Shown here piece after piece: positions 38,101-50,841 of a stretch of DNA of 64,000 nucleotides; the first letter of the stretch is position 1; each line of letters begins with the position of its first letter. The stretch is from Callorhinchus milii (Eukaryota), in contig NW_024704743.1 of assembly GCF_018977255.1 (NCBI RefSeq), positions 31,064,001-31,128,000 on the forward strand, in the 5' to 3' direction. A program made the translations under genes and the position numbers. Below the pieces are notes generated by a model. The model saw nothing but the letters and a program-made list of their open reading frames with translations, did no database searches and had not been told where the DNA came from.

Positions 38101-38850
38101 GATAACAGATTTCTGAAAGCCAATAGCTTTATGTTGCGACGTCGATGAGAAAACTACAGCACTTAGGCCCAAAGATCTCAGCACTGAGATAAATCAAATG
38201 GATAACAAACGATTCAAAAAGTTAGTGTGTTTGATGTGATTATCAAATGTATGTAATCAAGTGTGATGATTATCACATCAAATGAAATGTATTATGAAAC
38301 ACCAAAATTTTAAACATCTGCACATAAGTCCTTTTTAGCCTTTTTTTTAAAAAAAGCCATTTTTAATTTTTCCAAACTCTGTTCAGCCTTTAGTTTAGGT
38401 TGTGGAGATGGTATTGAGTGTTGCTGCATCCCTGGTTTTAGCTGCAATCGGATACATATCTCCAATTAGGGCAGCTTAGGTGTTGAGAAATCCTTAACCA
38501 TTGTGCCCCAGGGAGGAAAAATTTCTCCTCCCTTCCCTCCCCCTCATCCTCCAGTACAAGTTCTTCATTTTGCCCTAGCGCAGAGATCCAAACCATAAAT
38601 ACCCTATATCCTACCTCACGAAGATCTTAGATGCAGTTGTAAATAATTTAGAAGATTGGGGATTGGGCTGGGGAGAAATCAGGTGATGTAGTGGGCCTTT
38701 CACCTCTGTGTTCAAATAAAGACTAGATCTCTTGAACTGAAGTCTTCTAGTACAGTACACTGGCTGAAAGGGTCCAGTGTGAATGAATATGCATTCCGGG
38801 GCAGGGCGAAACATTAGGCAAATTTCCTTACTCTGCACGCCTCTGTTTAG

Positions 38851-39065
38851 TAATAATAATAATAATCCTTGCATTTGATGTAGCGCTTTTCACGTCTTCT
38901 AGACGTCTCAGAGCGCTTCACAGAATATACTGTAAAGTGAATTGACTGTATATTTGTGGGCGAACGCGGCAGCCAATTGCGCACAGCAATGTCCCACAGA
39001 CAGTCGTGGATTGAAAATGACTAATTTTATTATTGGTTTTTTTTTGAGGGATTATTATTAGGCGT
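38851..39065 (-). mobile_element. Same SINE family, inserted into another SINE copy
   Basis: Flanked by tgttta on both sides. The host plus-strand SINE runs ~38795-38850 and 39066-39320. Confidence 0.88.
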
Positions 39066-39320
39066 GTTTACCTAGCAGTAAGTAGGAACCCGGTTGTTAG
39101 TCAATTGGCGATTCGCTTTTCCGGGGGTAATAATCCCTTCAAAAAANCAACAACAACAATTTGATCACTCAGTCCACTCAGTCTGTGCGCACAATTGGCT
39201 GCCACGTTTTGCCCACATAATATACAGTCACTTCACTCTACAGTATATTCTGTGAAGTGCTTTGAGATGTCTAGAAGACGAGATAAGACGCTATATCAAA
39301 TGCAAGGATTATTCTTATTA
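39066..39320 (+). mobile_element. Host SINE (long form), 3' part
   Basis: tgtttacctagcagtaagtaggaacc...gcacaattggctgcc...aatgcaaggatt. Confidence 0.85.
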
Positions 39321-39745
39321 CTAAAACAAGAAAGCATGGGATTAACAAAGAGGTGAAACAGCCTAATCCAGAACAGGTGAGTATTCAATGGACTGCCTAA
39401 AATGGGCTACAGGTTCATCTGGCCAGCCACTACGTGGAGAGGGTTTATGTAGATACCTTTCCTGAATGGAGGTTGGGAGAGGAGTGGGAGTATCATGCCC
39501 CTGAATGAGAGCACCTTGCTCTCTGAGACTGTGGAGGATTGAGAGCATGCAGCATGATCACTATCTGAGCCACAGCCTGGGTGAACTATCAGGACTGGAT
39601 TGAAAATAAAACCAATTTATACTTTCACACAAAGGTGTAGTAGTACACCTTTGCCCCCCCCAAAATAAACTAGATTATTATAAACCTTCTGCTCACTGAC
39701 ACAAGCTGCCCTACAAGTGTAATTATTGTGAGGGGTGAACACTTC

Positions 39746-39962
39746 TAATAATAAATAATAATAATAATCCTTGCATTTGATGTAGCGCTTTTCACGTCTT
39801 CTAGACGTCTCAGAGCGCTTCACAGAATATGCTGTAAAGTGAATTGACTGTATATTTGTGGGCGAAACGCGGCAGCCAATTGCGCAAAGCAGTGTCCCAC
39901 AAACAGTCGTGGATTGAAAATGACCCAATTTATTATCGTTTTTTTTTGGAGGGATTATTTAT
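39746..39962 (-). mobile_element. Same SINE family, 5'-truncated
   Basis: Near-identical to 38851-39060. Confidence 0.9.
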
Positions 39963-42900
39963 GGCCGCGAGGCATATCAAACACATTGAAAATGAATGGG
40001 GGGAGTGGTGTTATGGAAAGAACAAAGAAGATAAGCGCACTCCTAGAATGGGCACGGAATGCCACATGCTTGTGCTGTTCAACTCTGCTTGCAATCTAAG
40101 CGTGTGTAAAGCTTGGTTCAAAGTCAATGAGCACCCTTCTAATACAGAAGCCTTGCTTTCATTTTCCTCACAAAATCTGACCTGAAGGAGACTATTAATA
40201 AAAAGTAGTGGGCTATCATACATCTATTACATGGGAGATGACGTGCAAAGACTTGTATCCTTAAAGAGACTGGCTCCATGCCAGCAATCCCTTTTCTCTC
40301 CGTTTCACCTCAGAACGATTTACCAAGTCTCACTGCCTTTGATTCCCTCCGCACCCTTTTCTAATTTCTGTATGTTCTGTTTTGTGATAAAAATAGATAT
40401 TTGATCGCAGACTCAGCGTGCCGGTTTCATGTATTAGAGTGTACTGCAAGATCACGCAATAAATAAAGAGAAAAAGCGTCAAAGAGCAGCATCCTTTCAT
40501 TATCATAGTTCAACCAGAACATTATTTTATTGCAGTTGTATGCTAAATATTGTTTTGGGAGTCACTGGAGCCCACAGGAGAGAGAAGGTTGTAGCTCCAC
40601 CACTTCCACCATCCAGCAGCATTCTACAAACTTTAACATGAAATAAAGCTCCCCTAAGATAAAAAGGACCACAAATCTGGAACTTCTCCCTGATAGCCAA
40701 CATGATTCACCCCCTCCGCACCCCCCACCCCACGGCTGGCAACACCCTATCTTGTAAAGAGTCAAATAAAGTCATCAGGTCCTAAATAGCAGGATTATTT
40801 TAGATGGTAAAAAAAGATGTGCAATGCCCCCATTGAGTTCTTTTGAATTCAGACTATTCATATCGCAACAGGAGGAGGCAATGCAAAATCAGCTTGATTA
40901 ACCGAGCTGCACTTCACTTGTTCAAAAGTACTCAGGGTTGCTAATACAATATCCAACATTGATTGGGATTAGAGTTAGACTAAACCCAACCCTTACTTCT
41001 TTGCGGCCCATAAAGCAGTATAATGGTTTAGACAGTTCCCATGAACAACCATACCATTTTTTCCCATTATAAAGTGGAGCAAATTAATCTCAGTAAATGT
41101 TCCTAATAATAGGAAGTCCTTCTCTGACCAACAGTAGATACCACTCTATAACTGCAACAAATCATAATCAGTAGAAGAATAGTTATAGATAAAGGGCTAT
41201 CACATGGGACATTAATTCCAACACAAACTACAAAAGCATCACAACAATATACTAACTCACCCCAGATTATTTCATGACTATAATTTATCCATTTGAAAAT
41301 GGTAAAAATGTAAAGATCTCTGTTTGAGTGCCTTGTATTTAGCAGCATGCAAATAAAATGAATGATGCCCACCTATTATTACAATGATGCAATTTGAATG
41401 TTGCTCTTAATTAAGCAAAGCGTTTATATCTTTTATAGCTATCTTTCTAATTTTCCTCTAATCTGAACAAAGACGTCCTTTGGTCCAAAACACACACAAC
41501 AGATAGTAAACAGCGGAGTTGACTTGCTGAGGCGAGTTCTAAATCCTAACGAATTTCACTAATCTAGACTTCAGTAGTTTAATCTGGCATGCTGAAAGCT
41601 GGAACATAAAAATTGCAGATCATAAATTTAACATGCTTTTGTGCACAAGATTGTTGTGGTTAAATAACGTCGATGCACATGTACGAAATCAAACATCCAA
41701 GTTATGAACAGGTGGCTAAATAATCAAAAAGGTTTAACTGACCACCTAATTGTTAATGTAGCTACAGACTGATTTAGTAGTCTTAGACAGTGTTGTTCGC
41801 CCTCTTCTTTCTATTATTTCACCTCACAATCCCACAGATCTCTATGATTTTTAAAAAATAAATAGCAATAATATTTTTAAATCACACTTCACCAATTAGG
41901 TGGAAACCCAACAGATTCAGTGTTGTTCACTGAGAATCTTCTATGATGGGAGATTCGCAGCAGACGAAGGATTGTTGCTGCTTTGTGACAATTCTAATTC
42001 AGAATTCAAATAGAAATAATAGCCTTAAATTATATTTCTGAATCACAGTAATCAGTTTCTCTTACAAATTGATTGGTTTACAATCTTAAGACTAGTTTAC
42101 ACTGTCTTACATTCTGAGATGTCAATCGATGATGGGGATGATTTGAACCACATCCATCCTCCCACAGGTAAAAGGATGTGCACAGCTATATTTGGAACAA
42201 CCACCTTCTTTTATGGTCATCGTCACGATGGTTTTAAGAGAAAATTATCAACTGATGGGATGGAGCGCATCCAACTGCAGTAATCCCGGTAGACAGAAGA
42301 TCAATCAGGGCTATACTGAAAACGAAGTAAGGACAGAATTCTAAATGCAGCAACTACTGGAAAATCAAGTAATGAATGTAATCTCTCAGGTACAGGTCTG
42401 TTAGGACACAATGTCACTGCAACCATAGATCTTATTAATCTGCTCCTCCTCCCTGTATGACTGACATCTCCAAACACAAACACCAGTGTTTTACCTTTGG
42501 GTATTATATTTCTACCAGAATATTCAACCCAGCTTCAACCTCAGTGCACACATTTGCTGCAGAGCAGAACACCACAGTGAGGTATGCACATTAACCCATT
42601 TTGAGCTTCTCAATTTAACTAATTTGTAAAGATTATTAATGTATGGGACATCACTTTGATTAGTGGTTGCTTTCTACAGGGCCACATGGCTGGCGACAAA
42701 CAACTGGCATCAGCAGTCTTATTTATGATTCTGGAGCACTAAAAAGTCTCATGAGTTTGGAGTCTTGAACCTCGCTATCTAAGGGAGGTTTCTATGTCAT
42801 TCTGTGGTTCAGGATTGTGAACAGCCTCTTTAGTATGCTGCTGAACTGTACACTGCTAACTGGTAAATTATTCTTCTGTCATTTACCCATCCTTTGTTCT

Positions 42901-43444
42901 TGCATTTGATTTCATTAGCTGGTGGATTTAGCGTGCAGATGGACAGCAGGGAGTAAAGCAACCAACTGGTATTGCATTTTAACTCTGTTACCCTTGGGGG
43001 ACAGCAATGGGTTTCACACTGGATAGAAAATGTAAATGTTACATGAGTACAGGCAATGCAAATGGGCTTTGGATGCACTTATTTTACAGGAGCTCTTCAA
43101 ATAGTAGAAGTGCTGTAAATGTCTATGCTTCAATATGCTAAAGGGTCTCAACACTGAAGCCAAATTCATCCACGTGAAGTTGTTTGAAAGCTACAATTTT
43201 CATATCTGATTATTTAAAAGAAGATTTGTACCACAACTCAAGGACTCCAGCCTTGACCTGCATAGACTATGAGTGATATGAACTGAGAGATCAGTGTGCC
43301 TGCAGCCAGAACAGAGTAGTTACCAGGACTATGGGGGCAATGGGAGCCAATCTTTACCTTGCACCTCCTAGCACTGCTGGCTCTCCCAAGTGCAAACAAC
43401 TCTCAGTACCTTCACAGCACCAGCAACTTTGTGGGTTTAATTCC

Positions 43445-44513
43445 TCACAATTCTCACGTCTGGTGTCCCCCAGGGCTCTGTCCTTGGCCCTCTCCTCTTT
43501 AATATCTACATGCTTCCCTTTGGTGACAACATCTGCAGACATGGGGTCAACTTCCATATATATGCGGATGACACCCAACTCTATCTTTCTGCCCCCACCC
43601 TCAACTCCAGGACCACTGCTGTCCTGACAGTCTGTTGGACATCAAGTCCTGGATGAGGGCAAATTTCCTACAGTTGAATGTGAACCAGACTGAGACTCTC
43701 CTGATCGGCTCGCGCCAGCGCCTCAGCACCTCAGGTTCTGGCAACATCAGCCTCCATGGTTGCACACTACAACTCACCAAGTCAGTCAGGAACCTTGGTG
43801 TCTTGTTCGACCCTCAACTGTCTTTTCTTCCCCACATCCAAGCCATGACCTGCTGTGAATTCCTTCACCTCCATAATATCGCCCGACTCCGCCACAACCT
43901 CATCCTCAAGCCACTGAAACTCTTGTTCATGCCTTCATCACCTCCAGGCTTGACTATGCAAACTCCCTGCTTGTCGGCCTTCCCAACCCCTCCCTCCACA
44001 GGCTGCAGATAATCCAGAACTCTGCAGCTCGTGTCCTCTCCCACACCAAACTCCATGACCTCATCTCCCCCGACTCCATTGGCTCCCTATCCTTCAGAGA
44101 ATCCAGTTCAAGATCCTGGTCCAAACCTACAAAGCCCTCCATGGCCTCGCCCCACCCTACCTCTGCGACCTCCTAACCCCCTGCCAACCCGCCCGCTCCC
44201 TCCGCTCAGCCGGCTCCGGCCTGCTCCACATCCCCCAACCCAACCGCCCCACCATTGGCGGGAGAGCCTTCAGCCACTCTGCCTCCAACCTCTGGAATTC
44301 CATTCTTCAATCACTCCGCCTCACCATCACCTTAGCCTCCTTCAAGTCCCGCCTCAAAACCCTCCTCTTCGACCATGCCATCGGCCACTCCCCTTCCCCG
44401 TCCCTCCCTTCTTCCCCCCCGACCCAGCTCGGGTCTGAAATGCTGTACTCTGTTCAGCGCCTTGGGACGTCCTCCCAATGTGAAAGGAGCTATACAAATG
44501 TAATCTTGTTGTT
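43445..44513 (+). mobile_element. L2 LINE, 5'-truncated
   Basis: ggtgtcccccagggctctgtcctt (GVPQGSVL), tatgcggatgacacccaa (YADDTQ), [14 protein letters not shown], and the L2 tail. Confidence 0.93.
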
Positions 44514-44639
44514 CTGTGGTTGATAAAACAAATGCCAAACAAAATCCTCTTTAGGGAGAAAATACTGAGAGAGTAGGGAGGAGAGAGAAAATATTTTGGG
44601 AGCTAAATTGAACTGGCCAAAAATCCGTAGATCTTCAGT

Positions 44640-44935
44640 CATCCAGAATGGTTGCTGACCAGACAGTCTGGTGCATCAGTGAGAATTGAAGGGTAGACAA
44701 GTCCTCAACCTCGTTGAGCACAATCACAAGATCACAAGAGGGGTTCAGATGAGTAAAACCCTTCTGACCATTTGTTATCATTCTTCTACAATACCTACCT
44801 TACAGAATTCAGGGCAGTTCTTAAACATATCAAGTGTTTTAGCTTCAAACACCCTTCCTGGTAACCTGTTTCAGCATCTTCTGGTCAAGAGAGATTTCCT
44901 GGTGCCTGTTCTGAAATTGAGATCCTCAACCTGTG
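44640..44935 (-). mobile_element. Old CR1 3' fragment
   Basis: cttaaacatatcaagtgttttagcttcaaacacccttcctggtaacctgtttcagca is antisense to the CR1 WNxLP region. Confidence 0.55.
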
Positions 44936-46713
44936 CTAATGTATCAATACACAAGCACTATTCGCATGATTGTCATTAATTGCATTGTAGCTTTGCTACT
45001 GCTCAGCTGCCAACACCAGCAACACGGTAAAGTAAATACATGGCAAGACTTTAATGTACATTACTTTAATTTAGAAATCTTGCTTCCAAACTAATGTTGA
45101 CCTTAATATGACATGATTCACACTCCAGAATGTGCTGCCAGGAAGTAGCTCAATAGCATGCTAAATGCAACTGAATAGAGGGAATGTGGTCTATATCACT
45201 TGCCTTCACAATGGCACAGTACAGAGAAGGTAAAGATGCTTGTTGCTTCTCCACCTGTCATTGTATTTGTGGCCTCAATCTCACCCACTCAACGTTAATT
45301 AACCCATGATCCTGGCAAACTCATTAGATTGTTAACAGGCTCATTCAGATAAATAAATTACTAACAGTAAAATATAAATAAATCTTGTAAAGAAAACATT
45401 CATGGTAAAGTCATTGCACAAAGCTGAGCAAGGTCAAGACTTCTCTCTCATTTTGTTTCGTACATTATTTATTTATGTATTGAGCAATCAATAATATGCA
45501 AGTCATTTTATGAATGGATTCTGAAAATCTTGTCACACTTGTGATGTAATCACTGTGGTACTGCAGTGAGGTTCCACTGTGTTACTCTTACACTTGGGTA
45601 TCTTATTTCCAGAGACAACATTGTCGTCATTGTTGGAGGAAGCATCCCGAGTATAAAAGTGAAGGGAAGATGCATCTTTGTGGCGTGGTTTAAGGAAAGA
45701 GTTGTCGTTAACTGTGATTTATCTTTCAACAAACTTTTCTCTTTAACAATTTATGCCACCTCAGTTAAGGAATCTAAGGTAACTGGAATAGTGCAGTTTT
45801 AAGAGAAGTTTACTTATAATTTCTCTTCATAGAAATTAGTAAAGGTGTTGTATTTCTTTTTGCTCATTGGATTACTAAATAATCATATGTAGATATTGTA
45901 TATATATAAAAAAACTTTCACCTGCCTCCTACCTTAACACATAGTATGTGGCTCAAATCTACCTACATCCTGCTGAATCGGAATCACTTCCGAATGCTAA
46001 ATCTGAACCTTCACTAACAGCACTCATGGCAAACAAATCCACTCCAAGAGTAAAGGAGTTACTCTATAAGTTCTATTCATTTCTTATTTTAGTTGCTTTA
46101 CTTTCTAATTGCATCTCCTTGCTCTGTAATTATGCTGCAATGAATATGCATGTACAAATGTTATAAAAATGGAAGCATCCAAACTCCTTTGTGCATCCAA
46201 GGACAATGTTTTCTGTTGAACAATTTGACACAGAATGTTTAAATCAGTTTCATGCTCAAAGGGAGTGATTACGTTTCATTGTATCAGTCACAATTCATAG
46301 ACTAAAGCACAAGGATTAAATTAAATACTTAAAGGTATTATACTGAGACCAAAATATACTCTGAAAAAATGTTGATTCACTGGGTTATCACAACTTGGAA
46401 ACTTTTCGGATACAAATTAAGCAGGACTGGCTGGAGGAAAACCACATGAAAAGAAACAGCAGCTAAACATCCAACTTCAAATATACAATATAGGTTAGGT
46501 ATTAAACATAGTGTGCACTTAAGCATTTAGACAAGATTTCAAATGCACTGGCGATCATGCAAAGACGGAACAACTATTTAACAAAGAGGAGTGGTTAAAA
46601 ACCACATCAATTATTTTTGATGAGCTACTTCACCTTTTTGAAACTCTAATGCTAATGTGACATTCTGGGCAAATACATACTTGACTTTGAAGAAACTAGG
46701 TGATAGTACTTAC

Positions 46714-46859
46714 TTTTCCTTCAAGAAATCTGCCACCCTTTTAAAGTCTGCCACACAGTATTCTCTTTTCATATCCATAAGAACGCTATCTGAACCAGTT
46801 TGAACTGGTACATGAAGGAAGGCATACACCCTGGGATGAATGAGGATTTTTGCCATTTC
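46714..46859 (-). CDS. CDKAL1: CDKAL1 internal coding exon (146 bp), tRNA t6A methylthiotransferase, radical-SAM domain
   Basis: Minus-strand translation [48 protein letters not shown]+AA closely matches vertebrate CDKAL1 as I recall it ([49 protein letters not shown]). Acceptor tcctttcacAG at 46861-46860; donor GTaagta at 46713. Confidence 0.96.
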
Positions 46860-46994
46860 CTGTGAAAGGAAATAAAAGAGTTTAATCCCTAAGTACTGTC
46901 AATTAGACCTTTTCTTTTCTGCACAAAGTGTCATACAAATTGCAAATAAATCCTTCACATTATGTGTGCATATTCAGTCGTAATAAAGATCACA

Positions 46995-47124
46995 ATTCCA
47001 TTCCAACAATCTGGGGTTTCCATGTGTAGGTGTGATGCATGGAAATCTCAGCTTGATTTGGATGCTTTTAAGCATGGTGATGGGTTTCCGCATGTGGGTC
47101 AGACACCCAGCTAACCAAAAAAAA
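46995..47124 (+). mobile_element. 3'-terminal fragment of the fold-back RTE-like family
   Basis: attccattccaacaatct...gatgggtttcc...gtcagacacccagctaacc-A8 matches 31201-31334. Confidence 0.8.
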
Positions 47125-47960
47125 TGTTAATTGCTCCTCAAAATGATCTCATTGTCACCAACTAGATGATTTACATTAATGTGAAAAATCACCTTCCATC
47201 TAAAGTCAAACTCCATTATTAAGTGGTGGTTTGGGTCTATAAAATGAGACCTGTGTTTCACATTTATATGGTTCTATAGTCTACTGCCTGTTCTGCACTC
47301 TCTCCTCATCCCATCATTGCTGGCCAAATCTTTAGCCACTACAACCTCTGAAACTCTCTCCTAAAATCCCTACCACAGAATTTAAACCTACATAACTTTT
47401 TATGTCTGTAATTATGCTGAAAAGAGTATGCATGTATCTTACACAAGTATCAAAATCCAAAGTTCAAATAGGATAGAAATTCGGTTAGCTTTATAAATAG
47501 TTATATTTGAAAGATGAGGAATACTATACCCAAAGTAACTTATCTACACCTAATTTTCATTTCTTATTCTCTCCATATCAGGATTTAAACAAGATTTCAA
47601 ATGCACTGGTGATCATGCAAAGACACAACTATTTAACGTAACTCAGTGTTGTAACTTTCAAGAGCAAATCACCTTTACTGAGGAACTCAAGAAAGTAAAG
47701 AAAGAACTGCAAACTGTATATCTTCTTTGCAATGAAACTAGTCAAAATTGGTCATTCATGTCATAGCTGTTTGTGGGACACTGCTGTGCGCAAATAGGAT
47801 ACCATGTTTGACTTCAAATACACAGTCACTACACTTTCCAGTAAATCATTTGAAGCACTTTGAGATGTTTTAACAACATGATAAAGTGCTGTATCAAATG
47901 CAAGAATTCTTCTTCATAAAGCTGAGTTATGGTTGGTGAGAGTGTGGGTTGCAGGATTTG

Positions 47961-48270
47961 GAGTCCTGTAGCTCAGTGGTTAGAGAACTCGCCTCACAAG
48001 TGAGAGACCTGGGTTCAATTCTCAACAGAGCAAAACCTTGGGCAAGTTTCCTTACTCCACATGCCTGATAATAATCCCTCAAGAAAGAAAAACAATAAAA
48101 TTGTTCACTTCAATCCACGACTGTTTGTGGGACACTGCTGTGCGCAATTGGCTGCCATGTTTCGCCCACAAATATACAGTCAATTCACTTTACAGTATAT
48201 TTTGTGAAGCGCTTTGAGACGTCTAGAAGACATGAAAAGCGCTACATCAAATGTAAGGATTATTATTATT
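47961..48270 (+). mobile_element. Same SINE family, full length
   Basis: gagtcctgtagctcagtggttagag...ggttcaattc...(TTA)n. Confidence 0.92.
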
Positions 48271-48859
48271 ATGCTCCATCTTTTGTTTCAACAACTTTTG
48301 TTTTCATGGGATAAACAGACAAGGGGCTTTCTTCTCTTTAAGTTCTATCTGCATATTATTGACATGGACAAAAATAATAATGCTAATCCTTGCATTTGCA
48401 GACATATCACCTTTCAAGTCTGAAGGACATCTCAAAGCGCTTCACAGGATTTCCTGCAAAGTGTAGTCACAGTATATGTTGTAGACGGACAAAAATGACA
48501 GTGTTCTTCTATTTATTTGAAAAGATGATACTATGATTTTATCCAACTGAAATCTTTATTTGTTTAAATCAAGATCCCATATGAATGGATGTGTTTTTTT
48601 ATTGCAGAACGCCAACTAGGTTAAAGAGTAGTGGAGATATTCAAGAAGTGGTGAAGGGATGCAAAGCTTGAGTTTTAAAAGCCTCTTGTTTATTTGAGGA
48701 AGGGAAGTCCAAGGGACCCAAGTTGTTGACTTATCCTGAGGTACTGGGAAAGAATGAGTTACAGTAGGGACAGTGGGGTGAATGCTAACTTTAACAAAAT
48801 AGAGTCAAACATTCAGTGTTTGCTAAAAAAAAGTTGTGTTCCCAACATAGGCACATTGA

Positions 48860-49440
48860 AAGCAAACATTGTTTAGATCTGTTGCTCTAATCCAAGTGCC
48901 TAGACAGATAAGTGTGGACAAAATGCTGTTGAATTAAGGCAATAACCTTTTCCATCTGTCTCCCCTTATCTATGCATTTGCCATCCACTCCTTGAAATGT
49001 GAAACCTACTGACCTTCACTTACTTAGCCTTCCCGGCTGCCAGGTTGACATAAGGTTATAGTCTGCGCACCACTGAATAGTTTGGACATTTTTCCCCTTA
49101 TGGTCCTTAAACTTTCCAGAAAAAGGTGTGAATGCCTTTGGTTCTTCTATATGTCCCAGATTTTTTTGTGAGAGTATTGGAATATCCAATTGGGTATGCT
49201 CAGACCTTGTGAAGGTGTACTGGACCTGATCCCAAAGAACTTTATCATCAGAGCATTCAAAAGTACTTTAACCAAAAGTCTCTGTATACTGTGGCACATG
49301 TGTGATACATGTGTTCTGCTTCTAGGAACTCTCATTGTTGGAACAATGTTAACACCATAAAGGTTTTCTTACAGGCCAAACATAATTTTGCAATTTGCAA
49401 AGATGCCTTCCTCGTCTGGAAGCCTCATTGCAACCTTCTC
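48860..49440 (-). mobile_element. Old CR1 fragment
   Basis: gaatatccaattgggtatgctcagacc (antisense VRPHLEY-like); tcccggctgccaggttgaca. Confidence 0.55.
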
Positions 49441-50714
49441 AGTTTGTTCACAGTCGAATACCGTACATTCCCCCAAAACATCTATTAATTGACATATGAA
49501 TCTTCAAGGCAGATTAGGAGGTGTCTAGCTTGTCAAGTTTATATTTAATGATCATCAGGCCAGGCTCACGCCTGACAATCAATAAATATTTGTGGGGAGA
49601 GAGAGCAGCGCTAATGGTCACACTGCGTGCTTAAAAGGTCGCAAATTTACCCACAAAGTTACAGTTGATAGTGATCTTCAAAACAAAGATTTGGCATAAA
49701 TGTTACTCATTTTAACTTAATAAATTTGGAAAAGCCAAACTAAAGTAAAAGTTCTGGTCACAGGGCAGTGCTGCACGATTGCATCGTGACTGTGCTTTTC
49801 TACAGTATATCACAGTGATTTTATTCCTGCAGTTTCGTACACAAAGAGACAGGAATCTCTCAGCCATGTTGTCATAAAAAGAAGTAAAGTAGAAGCAAAG
49901 GTGAAAGGCAAATGGATTGCTAGTCAGTCTAGGCAATTGGCTGTTCCAAACAACCTAGATCATTCTTCATCTGAACCTATGTTGTAATTTTGCCCACAAA
50001 ACACTCACTTTACAGTAAATCCTGTGAAGTGGTTTGGGACGGCCTCCGATGTGAAAGGCCCCATACCAAATGTAAGGATTATTATTGTGATAAGCAGCAT
50101 TGACAAAGAGCGGAGAACAGCTTTTCCGAATTTATTTCTATCTGCTAGGTTCCCTGAAGAAGGTGCATTATGGACCAAGGAAAGCGTAAAGCAACAAATG
50201 AATATCCACTTCCACCAGTGGCCTCGCTGAGAGGGAATTCAAGATGGCAGCTCAGTCAGCTTTGGCCAACACCATTATTTATAAGTCAGGACTCATGTAG
50301 ATGATATTTCAAAACACATTAAAATCTTGTTTCTTAATGAGAGAACAGAATGTGATGAGGAATACTGCAATTGTGAAGCTCATTGTAAAGAACAAAAAGA
50401 CTGAGCTGAAAGCCTTTCAGCACAGATCTCCCAAGAGATTCACTTTGCTCTCTGCCCCTATTTATATGTCAAAAGGACATTCTTACCAAAAGGACATTGT
50501 TATATCTCATGTGTGAGCAGAAAAATGATTCTTCATCTTTACCTTCTGCTAGTCATAACAACTGCCGGTTCAGGTAACTTCCACTGATTGTGCAAGATAA
50601 TTATTTCAAATGATACAGTAAATAACTGAAGCAATCTTATCACTAAGCCTTTAGAATTCCATGTCACCATATGAAAGCGGTGATACAATATATGCAGCAA
50701 AGAAAACTGAAACG

Positions 50715-50841
50715 CTTGAAATGTTTCCGCCCACAAATTATACAATATATTCACTTTACAGTATATTCTGTGAAGCACTTTGAGATGTCTTAAAGAGGTG
50801 ATAAGATGCTATATCAAATGCAAGGATTGTTATTATTATTA
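50715..50841 (+). mobile_element. SINE 3' fragment
   Basis: cgcccacaaa...ttcactttacagtatattctgtgaagc...aatgcaagga(TTA)n. Confidence 0.85.

Larger units (their letters stand above)
72..46713 (-). other. CDKAL1: CDKAL1 intron (46.6 kb, phase 2, GT-AG)
   Basis: Donor and acceptor join the two exons in frame, and the protein sequence is contiguous across the junction. Confidence 0.9.
46525..47637. repeat. ~55-bp direct repeat pair bracketing the CDKAL1 exon
   Basis: 46525-46582 and 47583-47637 share acaagatttcaaatgcactggYgatcatgcaaagac(gga)acaactatttaac. Confidence 0.9.

Noticed and set aside
47060..47120. GCTAA near the 3' end suggested an HDV-like ribozyme
   Set aside because: I could not build P1 and P1.1 in the required nested double-pseudoknot order by eye. 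An Infernal/RNArobo search would settle it.
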